Origin: an uncultured Candidatus Saccharibacteria bacterium
Lineage (GTDB): Bacteria; Patescibacteriota; Doudnabacteria; UBA920
NCBI GenBank assembly: GCA_964348935.1
Contig: CAYGEJ010000007.1
Span: forward strand, 1 to 62,508
Length of the DNA: 62,508 nucleotides
Direction: 5' to 3'
The notes beneath the pieces are model-generated. The model was not told the DNA's origin, searched no databases, and saw nothing but the letters and a program-made list of their open reading frames with translations. The translations under genes and the position numbers were made by a program. This document shows, piece after piece, positions 47,525-55,672 of the stretch (the first letter of the stretch is position 1; every line of letters starts with the position of its first letter).

Positions 47525-47746
47525 TTACCCTCAAACCTATCTTCGTTAGAGCAAGTCAATACAGTAACGTTTGAACATTTATTTCAGAGACCAGATTATT
47601 GTCAGAACAGTTTTGATGAAGATTGGTGTGAGGGTAATTCATGCTCCTAATAGGGTTTAACCCCTTTTGGGGGCGCTATAAAGCCGTATACTTATATACT
47701 AGAATATTTTAACTAAGATTCTCCTGTATTGAATATACGGTTTTTT
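47525..47746 (+). ncRNA. candidate structured RNA or attenuator
   Basis: Promoter TTGACA-17-TATACT (47418-47446); 28-nt stem 47525-47552/47610-47637; terminator-like hairpin ending in a T-run near 47746. Confidence 0.4.
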
Positions 47747-48463
47747 GTTTCACTTTAATTAATAATTATAGCGAAACAATCCGACGAAGCCTTGGCGAAG
47801 TTGGATAACAATTTATTCAATAACCTCACCTAATCTCTCCTCTAAAAGGAGAGGAATTAAAAGTTTTGTTTCTATAATTGTGCGTCTAAGAAGGTCAAAC
47901 TATTATCCTGCTCTGCGGGATTTGCCTCATCTTTAGACTCACAATTATGGAAGCCCTACCATCTTCCATTCTCCTTAGGCGGGGAGCATTTTAGCACCCC
48001 GCCCTTTTTTTGAAAATATGGTATTATTGTTCTTAGAGTTTTTAATATCACAGAAAGAAATTTAATTGGAAATAATTATAATTAAATTTCTTTCTGTGAT
48101 AACAATTCACAGGAGGGAAAATGGTATCCAACGAAGGACTGCTCCTCCAGTAACAACCCCCAGCAGTAACTCCTCACAAAACCTGCTTTTAGTCTCTCCC
48201 ATACAACCCACCCAGTCGAAATGGATACCAGACCCAGAAAGAGAGTGCGTAAACCCTACAATCTCTCTTTCAATAATTTATTATATAATATAAGAAATTG
48301 TTTCTGACAAAATAAATCTAAAAATATTTTGGAATTATTTTGGTGGGAGTTATCTTGCCTCTGTGGTTAGCCCTCGTTGGTTAAAAACAGATTTGGGCTT
48401 GGAGTAAGCTTCCAGTCCGTTCATAATCCTTTCCTTGGGGTTTCCCCCGACCGGAGGTTGGTT

Positions 48464-48676
48464 ATGGAAAAGCTGTTTATTTTTGCTTGTACAATTTTAG
48501 CAATCTGCATGGTGTCTACCATTGCAATCGCAACTTTTGGAATAAGAAAGTTACACAAAGATTGTGCAGGCAAAACCCGAATTCTTTGGGTGTACGACAC
48601 GATGGTGGTAATACCGTCAACGTTCCCTACGATTTTCGGGATCTGGTTTTTCGTTCAAGCGTTACGCTTTCTCTAG
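48464..48676 (+). CDS. small two-TM membrane protein (70 aa)
   Basis: GGAGG SD, MEKLFIFAC... Confidence 0.55.
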   Translation: MEKLFIFACTILAICMVSTIAIATFGIRKLHKDCAGKTRILWVYDTMVVIPSTFPTIFGIWFFVQALRFL

Positions 48677-48905
48677 GCGGACGCAGAAGGAGGGTCTCAT
48701 ATCGAAATCTGGTTCTGTTCGAGAGGGGGCGTAACGTTGTTTGTTCTCGCCCCTAAAATTTTTTTGTACTTCCAAAATTGAAAGTTATTTACTAGTTTGT
48801 AATTTAGTTTTTAGTTTTGGAGGTGCTTCATGATAGAGGCACTCTTGTTACCCATACGAGTCTTGGGTTTGGTTTTGCTCTTGGTTTTTTCGAGCCGGGA
48901 GCTAA

Positions 48906-49073
48906 ATGTCGAACCTGGAACGGGCTGGCATGGTTAACGTTAAAATCACCGCCGGTGTGGCAGTGATATTAGGGACTATCGCAATAGTTTTTTTGTTGTT
49001 GATAGACCTGCCGAGAATGCTTATTTCTCGGAGGAGTGGGTTCTTGTTTAAGTGGCCCATTTTCCCGTGGTAG
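48906..49073 (+). CDS. small one-TM protein (55 aa)
   Basis: GGGAG SD; MSNLERAG..AGVAVILGTIAIVFLLLI.. Confidence 0.45.
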   Translation: MSNLERAGMVNVKITAGVAVILGTIAIVFLLLIDLPRMLISRRSGFLFKWPIFPW

Positions 49074-49147
49074 AAACGCAGAAACAAGAAAGCTGAGGGC
49101 GCGGAAGTCTCGCGCCCAAGGCTAAAGCCCTATAAAGGAGGGGCGTT

Positions 49148-49291
49148 ATGGATATAAAGAAGAAGAAATCGTTTTTTAGTACCGTGTCTACAAACACATG
49201 GGATACTATTCTTACGGTGCTTGTGATCGGTGTGATTTGCACCGGTCTCTTCCATTTTGTTTGGGGGTGGGGGAATCCGCCTTTGAGATAA
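49148..49291 (+). CDS. small one-TM protein (47 aa)
   Basis: AAGGAGG SD; MDIKKKK..ILTVLVIGVICTGLFHFVW.. Confidence 0.5.
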   Translation: MDIKKKKSFFSTVSTNTWDTILTVLVIGVICTGLFHFVWGWGNPPLR

Positions 49292-49292
49292 A

Positions 49293-49400
49293 ATGTTAGA
49301 CTTGCTTCTGGTCGGCGCGGTTGGCTTTTTTATCTTTGTCCTAGTGTCGCCATTTTTGCCGGCGACGGAAGACGAAGACGACGAACATTACAGGCGGTGA
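49293..49400 (+). CDS. small one-TM protein with acidic tail (35 aa)
   Basis: ATG 2 nt after the previous stop; MLDLLLVGAVGFFIFVLVSPFLPATEDEDDEHYRR. Confidence 0.4.
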   Translation: MLDLLLVGAVGFFIFVLVSPFLPATEDEDDEHYRR

Positions 49401-49618
49401 GGAAATAACTTTTCCAAACCGCCTTCGATTTCTTTTTTGTAATCCGTTCATCAATGAGTTGATTTAAATTCAATCGCAAGATTAAACTTAAATTAATTTC
49501 CTGTCATTGTTGAGCGGGTTATAGGGAAGAAACTTATTGAAAGATTAAATAAAATCAAAAATAAGATCCGCAAGCTATTGTTGAGCAATAGGGTGCGGAT
49601 CAAAAGACGACTGTTTGG

Positions 49619-49795
49619 TTAGGCATGTTGATGGATAGCCGATTTAAAGTCGGCAAAAAAAACGAATACCTCCTTGGGTAATTGGTGCATCTGCCCGCAC
49701 CAGGCGCACTGGTAAACTCTTACCTGTGGTTCAAGTTCTACGTTCGCCCCGTAGACCGGTCTTTGTTGGGTGGGGCAAATGAAGTTTGCGTACAT
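49619..49795 (-). CDS. small putative Zn-binding protein (58 aa)
   Basis: AAAGGAG SD; MYANFICP...YQCAWCGQMH. Confidence 0.5.
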   Translation of the reverse strand: MYANFICPTQQRPVYGANVELEPQVRVYQCAWCGQMHQLPKEVFVFFADFKSAIHQHA

Positions 49796-49993
49796 AGCAC
49801 TCCTTTACGCGATTACACTGATAGCCACTATACCATAAAAATAGTAATATGTAAAGGTTTGTGATTTAGAGATGTTGACGTATAAGTAAAAATAAGATAT
49901 AATTTGTTTACTTAATTTAATTTAACTTTTTTACCTTTTAGGAGTTTTGAAGCTTTAAAGTTCTTAAAGGGTGAAATCTTCAAGGAAAATTTC

Positions 49994-50164
49994 ATGGGAG
50001 TTCCGAAGAAACATAAGACCCGTAGTGGTCGCGATCAGCGCAGAAGCCATCATGCTTTAAAAAAGACAAGCTTTGCAGTTTGTAAAAACTGTGAATCTGC
50101 AACTATGCCTCATTTGCCATGTAAAAATTGTGGTTTTTATAAAGGTAAAAAAGTAACCAAGTAA
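49994..50164 (+). CDS. rpmF: 50S ribosomal protein L32 (absent from the ORF track)
   Basis: MGVPKKHKTRSGRDQRRSHHAL...CKNC..PH..CKNCGFYKG. Confidence 0.95.
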   Translation: MGVPKKHKTRSGRDQRRSHHALKKTSFAVCKNCESATMPHLPCKNCGFYKGKKVTK

Positions 50165-50196
50165 TTTTGGTTATTTTTTTGGTTTAAAAATAAATT

Positions 50197-50631
50197 ATGG
50201 CCAATAGACATTTATCCAGAACCGTGGCAATGCAGTCACTGTTTGAATGGGACTTTAACGGACGCCACGAAGACCTAGACCAAATAACAAAAAATCATAT
50301 AAGCGAATTTGCGGGTTTAGAAGAAGAAAACGCGTTTATTTTTGATTTGGTCAACGGTGTTGCTAAAAGTATTAATGAAATAGATGAGATAATTGTTAAG
50401 CACGCACCAGAATGGCCAATTGAGCAAATACCGCCGGTGGATAGGAATGTTTTGCGCATTGGTATATATGAGTTAATGTTTTTGAAACAAGTGCCGCCCA
50501 AGGTGGCGATTAACGAAGCGGTGGAGTTGGGAAAGACTTTTGGCGGGCAGTCAAGCGGTAAATTTGTAAATGGAGTACTCGGTGGTTTATTTAAAGAAGC
50601 AACCGGTGAACAGTCGGAATTGGTTAAATAA
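50197..50631 (+). CDS. nusB: transcription antitermination factor NusB
   Basis: [43 protein letters not shown]. Confidence 0.96.
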   Translation: MANRHLSRTVAMQSLFEWDFNGRHEDLDQITKNHISEFAGLEEENAFIFDLVNGVAKSINEIDEIIVKHAPEWPIEQIPPVDRNVLRIGIYELMFLKQVPPKVAINEAVELGKTFGGQSSGKFVNGVLGGLFKEATGEQSELVK

Positions 50632-50843
50632 AGTTTCCTCGCTGTAAAAGCTCTGAGGTGATAAAATTTGAATTGTTATTTTACAATCGGCAAGCTTTAG
50701 GTTTGCGGATTTTTGTTTTTTAATACTGGAATTTTTTTGAAAATAGGTTTATAATAAGAATATATTTGCAGGGTGTTGCAAATTATATAATTTGAGAATA
50801 TAACAGGGGAATCCATTATACTTAACTTATAGAAAGGAATATT

Positions 50844-51128
50844 ATGAACAAACTACAATTGACTGAGCAATTAGCTGCAAAGCTTAGCATTACTCATTCC
50901 GAGGCCGAAAGGTTTGTAAATACTTTTATTCAAATGATTTACGAACAGCTTAGAAATGGTGAAAAAATCAACATTTCCGGTTTTGGCCAATTTAGTGTTT
51001 CGCACAGGGCATCTAGAATTGGTGTAAATCCAAGAAATCCAACCCAAAAAATTACCATACCAGAACTCAACACCCCAAAGTTTAAAGCCGGAGAAGCCTT
51101 TAAGGAAGCTGTAAAGTTACGACCTTAA
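50844..51128 (+). CDS. hup: HU-family DNA-binding protein
   Basis: MNKLQL..., ISGFGQF, GVNPRNP, PKFKAGEAFKEAV. Confidence 0.93.
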   Translation: MNKLQLTEQLAAKLSITHSEAERFVNTFIQMIYEQLRNGEKINISGFGQFSVSHRASRIGVNPRNPTQKITIPELNTPKFKAGEAFKEAVKLRP

Positions 51129-51139
51129 GATCACAGATA

Positions 51140-51180
51140 CCTGCCCGCAATCGGCTGAGCCTCAAGCTCTGGCAGGCGGG
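51140..51180. repeat. CCTGCCCG...CAGGCGGG palindromic element (same ends as the tRNA-Val insert)
   Basis: CCTGCCCGCAATCGGCTGAGCCTCAAGCTCTGGCAGGCGGG. Confidence 0.6.
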
Positions 51181-51279
51181 CGCAGATTTAAAACTGATTA
51201 CGCAGATTAAAAGCCCTGCCTCTTGAAAAGAGATGGGGCTTTTGTTATAATCAGTGAAGTAAAAATACTATAAAGACGC

Positions 51280-51354
51280 GCGAGTATCGTATAATGGTTA
51301 TTATCTCAGTTTTCCAAACTGATGATGCGGGTTCGATTCCCGCTACTCGCTCCA
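51280..51354 (+). tRNA. tRNA-Gly(TCC)
   Basis: GCGAGTA/TACTCGC acceptor, TCAGT-TTTCCAA-ACTGA anticodon arm, GGTTCGATTCC, TCCA. Confidence 0.95.
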
Positions 51355-51518
51355 AACATAATTGCTCCACCACTTTGGTGGAGCAATTATGTTTGTGAGA
51401 GATAGTGTGACCTATCCCGTTGAGCGAAGCGAAATCCCGACTTGGCGGACGTCGGGGCTACTCGCTCAACATAAAAACTTCTTTTTAAAAAGAAGTTTTT
51501 ATGTTGTATAATAACATA

Positions 51519-52049
51519 ATGGATTATATACTTTTAGTTTTTGAAATATTAGCTGGATATTTTTTTATTGTATTCGTTGTCTTAAGATTAGTCGCGCCAT
51601 TTATGGGTTTTAGGGGCTTTAAGGTCCCATTGGATGTACCGGAAGAGATAATGAATACAATAGCAGATTTGGAAAATAAATCTGTTAATCAACAAGTTTA
51701 TTTAGAAGCGGTATATAAAATAATTTTGTATAAAACTAACTATCAATGGAAACATACTCGTTTTCAGGCAGCTTTGCGTTTAAATAGATTGTTTGTCAAA
51801 GATTTACAAAATATTTGGTCAACACCCAATTTTTTGTATTGTACGGCTATTAATTACCTAAGTTTTACCATGCTTGTTAAAAGTAAATATTTTAAAATTG
51901 AAGATATAAAGGTGAGGTACGTTTTTTTAAATTTCGTGGTGCATCAGTATATGCAAGTAAAAGTTGGGGGGACTTGGGTTGATTTTGATCCTGCTGGTGC
52001 AGGTATTCGCGGTTTTAATTTAGGTAATTATGCTAGTTTTTTTGGATAA
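51519..52049 (+). CDS. membrane-anchored transglutaminase-like protein
   Basis: N-terminal TM; Cys-His-Asp pattern YCTAIN..VHQY..WVDFDP. Confidence 0.65.
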   Translation: MDYILLVFEILAGYFFIVFVVLRLVAPFMGFRGFKVPLDVPEEIMNTIADLENKSVNQQVYLEAVYKIILYKTNYQWKHTRFQAALRLNRLFVKDLQNIWSTPNFLYCTAINYLSFTMLVKSKYFKIEDIKVRYVFLNFVVHQYMQVKVGGTWVDFDPAGAGIRGFNLGNYASFFG

Positions 52050-52099
52050 ATTTGACGGAATTATGATTGAGGAGTATAATGATTTTAACAATAAAATAT

Positions 52100-52204
52100 A
52101 TATCAAGAGTGCAGATCAGGGAACTAGCCCGTTAATACTGCCAGCAACCCCAAAGATAAACTTCTAAAGGGTGCTAATTCTAGCCCCTAGCGGGGACAGA
52201 TACA
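52100..52204 (+). promoter_or_regulatory. SAM-I (S-box) riboswitch
   Basis: ATCAAGAG..AGGGAACTAGCCC..CAGCAACC..GGTGCTAATTC..AGAT upstream of metK; promoter TTGACG-17-TATAAT at 52052-52080. Confidence 0.88.
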
Positions 52205-52368
52205 TAAAACATCTAATTCCGCGAAGGCGGATTTTTTATTGCACATTATTGAATAAATAATAGCGCAATAATCCTCCAAAGCCTTGGCGTAAGAGGATAA
52301 ATTTAATTAAGAAATATTAACATTTTAGATTCCTCCGCCTAGGCGGACGGGAAGACACAAGGAAGCAT

Positions 52369-53589
52369 ATGGCAACTAAACTTAAAGTCGCTTTAAAACA
52401 GGCTAAAGCAAAACCACTGCAAATAACTGGAAAGTTATTTACTTCTGAGTCTGTAACAGAAGGACATCCAGATAAAATTTGTGACCAAATTTCGGATGCA
52501 ATATATGACGCTATGCTAAAGCAAGACCCAAAGGCTCATGCAGGTATTGAATGCTTTGCTACAACTGGGTTGGTTATGGTTGGTGGTGAGGCTAGAACAA
52601 AAGCATATGTAGACATTCAAGATATTGTAAGAAAAACTTTAAAGCGTATTGGTTACGATAAAGCCGAATATGGTTTTTGTTATAAAGATGTAGGGGTAAT
52701 TGTTACTTTACATGAACAATCTCCAGACATTGCCCAAGGTGTAGACGAAGGCGCTGGGGAATTTAAAGAACAAGGTGCTGGTGACCAAGGGCTTATGTTC
52801 GGGTTTGCCTGCGACGAAACTCCAGAATTAATGCCTTTGCCAATTTCTTTGGCTCATAAATTAGCAAGGAAGCTTGCAGAGGTTCGGAAAAATAAAAAAC
52901 TTCCTTATTTAAGACCTGATGGTAAGTCTCAAGTTAGTATTGAGTATGTTAATGGTAAACCAAAAAGAGTTACTACTGTAGTTATTGCAGCGCATCACTC
53001 CGAAGATGTTAGTACAGAAAAACTTAGAAGTGATATTACAAATTTTGTAATTAAGCCAGTTTTGGGTAAGTGGTATAACAATAAAATTCAAACTTTTATT
53101 AATTCCACTGGAATATTTATTTTAGGTGGACCTCCAGCAGATGCTGGACTTACTGGGCGTAAAATTATTGTAGATACTTATGGTGGATACGCACCACACG
53201 GTGGTGGAGCTTTTAGTGGGAAGTGTGTGACCAAGGTGGACAGAAGTGCTGCATATGCTGCTCGATATATTGCAAAAAATGTTGTAGCCTCGGGGCTAGC
53301 TAAAAAATGCTTAGTTCAGCTTGCGTATTCTATTGGGGTTGCTAAACCAGTTTCTATTTTCTTAGACACTCAAGGAACAGGAAAAGTAGCAGACAATCGC
53401 TTAGAGAAAATAGTTGAGCTAATTTTTCCAACGAAACCAGCAGATATTGTAAAAACTTTAAAATTAGAACGTCCAATTTACGAGCAAACCGCTGCTTATG
53501 GGCACTTTGGAAGAACCGACATTAAGCTTCCTTGGGAAAAAATAGATAAGGTTAAAGAAATAAAAAAGTTGTTAAAAACTATTAAATAG
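52369..53589 (+). CDS. metK: S-adenosylmethionine synthetase
   Basis: [47 protein letters not shown]. Confidence 0.98.
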   Translation: MATKLKVALKQAKAKPLQITGKLFTSESVTEGHPDKICDQISDAIYDAMLKQDPKAHAGIECFATTGLVMVGGEARTKAYVDIQDIVRKTLKRIGYDKAEYGFCYKDVGVIVTLHEQSPDIAQGVDEGAGEFKEQGAGDQGLMFGFACDETPELMPLPISLAHKLARKLAEVRKNKKLPYLRPDGKSQVSIEYVNGKPKRVTTVVIAAHHSEDVSTEKLRSDITNFVIKPVLGKWYNNKIQTFINSTGIFILGGPPADAGLTGRKIIVDTYGGYAPHGGGAFSGKCVTKVDRSAAYAARYIAKNVVASGLAKKCLVQLAYSIGVAKPVSIFLDTQGTGKVADNRLEKIVELIFPTKPADIVKTLKLERPIYEQTAAYGHFGRTDIKLPWEKIDKVKEIKKLLKTIK

Positions 53590-53636
53590 TATATTTAACC
53601 CCTCGCCTTAGCGAGGGGTTTTGCTATAATAACTTT

Positions 53637-55238
53637 ATGGTTACATTGGTTGTTAAAAGTTTTAAAGTGATTATTTTTAGTTTGATTGTTGTTTGGTACG
53701 GTATATTTTTAACTCATAAAATAGATTTAACAACTGCAGATTTAGGAAGACATATTCAGAATGGAAATATTATTGTAAATGCTCCCTGGTTAGATAAAAT
53801 AGATGTTTTAAAGACAAATTACTATTCTTACACCTTAAATGATCAATCCTTTATTAACCACCATTGGGGTAGTGGGGTGGTTTTTTATTTTATTTATTTA
53901 TGGTTTGGGTTTAGTGGGCTTAGTGTGTTGTATGCACTGTTTGGGGTTTTAACTGTTTTGGTTTTTTGGGATATAGCTAGAAGAATGTCTAATTTTTGGG
54001 TTGCAACAGGAGTTGCGGTTGTGATTTTGCCACTTGTGACAACTAGGGCTGAAGTTAGACCCGAAGTTTTTACTTATTTTTTAACTGGAGTATTTTTTTG
54101 GACTCTTTACTTGCATAGAAGTAATATTCAATATTCCAGATTCAATATTCATAAATTAGTATGGTTGTTGACTTTGGCAATGCTGTTGTGGGTTAACTTG
54201 CATATTGGCTTTGTTTTTGGGTTTTTAGTTTTGGGAGCGTTTGGGTTAGAACAAATGATAAAAGATATTAGATTAAAGATACAAGATAAAACCAATCCTA
54301 TTTTAAGTAAAAATTTCTATAAATTACTGTATATTTCTATTATTTCACTCATAGCTGGTCTAATTAATCCGAATTTTATTCAAGGTTTACTATACCCGTT
54401 AAATATATTTAAAAATTATGGTTATTTAATTGTAGAAAACCAGAGTGTAAAATTTTTAGAAAATATAGGTGTTATAAATAATCAACATTTTTTATTATTT
54501 AAGGTTGTTGTAATTGTTACAGTTATTAGTTTTATAGGTGTTGCTATCCGAAACTACCGAAAAATAGATATTGCTCAGTTGGTCTTAGTTGTTGTAACAG
54601 CGGTTATGGCTTATTTGGGAATAAGGAACTTTCCAAGTTTTGCACTCTTCACCCTGCCTGCCTTAGCCGGAAGTATTTATTTTATAATTCCAAAAAACTT
54701 CCATATTGCCTATAAAATCACGCTTTCTATAATTGTAATTGTATTAGTTGGGAGTTGTGCAAATGTACAGTATCAAAATTTTGTGAACATTCGTCCGGTA
54801 TTGGGTTTTGGCTTGTTGCCGGAGGTTAACGGGTCAGCGGATTTTTTTAAGACAAATAATCTTAAAGGTCCAATTTTTAACGATTATGATATTGGTGGGT
54901 ATTTAATTTTTAATTTATATCCAGAAAAAGTATATGTAGATAATCGTCCCGAAGCATATACTAATGATTTTTTCCAAAAGGAATATATTCCTGCTCAAGA
55001 AAATTTCGAAAAATGGAAAGAGATAGATATAAAATATAATTTTAATACTATTTTTTTCTCACATAGAGATTACACCCCATGGGCGCAGGCTTTCCTGGTT
55101 TCTAAAGTCCTGGATCCAGATTGGGCACCTGTATTTTTGGATAGTTACAATATTATCTTTGTCCGAAGGTCTCAAACTAACACAGAACTGATTAAAAAGT
55201 ACGAAATTCCTAAGGAAAGATTTGGAATAACAGAATAA
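53637..55238 (+). CDS. multi-pass membrane protein, GT-C glycosyltransferase-like
   Basis: DLGRHI..G, NHHW, RPEVF, LWVNLH.GF, FNDYDIGGYLI, VYVDNRPEAY. Confidence 0.65.
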   Translation: MVTLVVKSFKVIIFSLIVVWYGIFLTHKIDLTTADLGRHIQNGNIIVNAPWLDKIDVLKTNYYSYTLNDQSFINHHWGSGVVFYFIYLWFGFSGLSVLYALFGVLTVLVFWDIARRMSNFWVATGVAVVILPLVTTRAEVRPEVFTYFLTGVFFWTLYLHRSNIQYSRFNIHKLVWLLTLAMLLWVNLHIGFVFGFLVLGAFGLEQMIKDIRLKIQDKTNPILSKNFYKLLYISIISLIAGLINPNFIQGLLYPLNIFKNYGYLIVENQSVKFLENIGVINNQHFLLFKVVVIVTVISFIGVAIRNYRKIDIAQLVLVVVTAVMAYLGIRNFPSFALFTLPALAGSIYFIIPKNFHIAYKITLSIIVIVLVGSCANVQYQNFVNIRPVLGFGLLPEVNGSADFFKTNNLKGPIFNDYDIGGYLIFNLYPEKVYVDNRPEAYTNDFFQKEYIPAQENFEKWKEIDIKYNFNTIFFSHRDYTPWAQAFLVSKVLDPDWAPVFLDSYNIIFVRRSQTNTELIKKYEIPKERFGITE

Positions 55239-55315
55239 AAGGTATTAAATAATTTGGATTTTTAATTTACTAAATATTATTTTGGATTATCTAATATATA
55301 AGGTAAAATAGGCTT

Positions 55316-55666
55316 ATGGATAATGAAAGTAAATTTAATTATTCAAAATATGAAGCGAATATTGAAGTTCTGGCAAAGGAAAAAACAGAACTACAAAGAA
55401 GGAAAACCGCTTTAAATTATGAATACACAGATATAGCTAGAAGTCTTATTTCGGTTTATATGGCTTTAAGAAAACGTGGTCTTAAAGATTCTGAAATTAG
55501 ACATCATGTTGAGTATATAACCCCTAGAATGAAGGAAATTCTTTTAGAAATTCAAAATATAAATAATAGGCTTGAAGAGATTTCTTCGGAGGTAAATAAG
55601 AACAGAAAACTGCAAAATGAATCAGATTTTTATTTTGACATTAGTAATCAGGACTTAATCAATTAA
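55316..55666 (+). CDS. coiled-coil hypothetical protein
   Basis: 116-aa ORF. Confidence 0.55.
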   Translation: MDNESKFNYSKYEANIEVLAKEKTELQRRKTALNYEYTDIARSLISVYMALRKRGLKDSEIRHHVEYITPRMKEILLEIQNINNRLEEISSEVNKNRKLQNESDFYFDISNQDLIN

Positions 55667-55672
55667 TCTTTT

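Noticed and set aside
47500..47750. T-box riboswitch
   Set aside because: The T-box GGTGGNACCGCG consensus is absent and no amino-acid-related gene follows.
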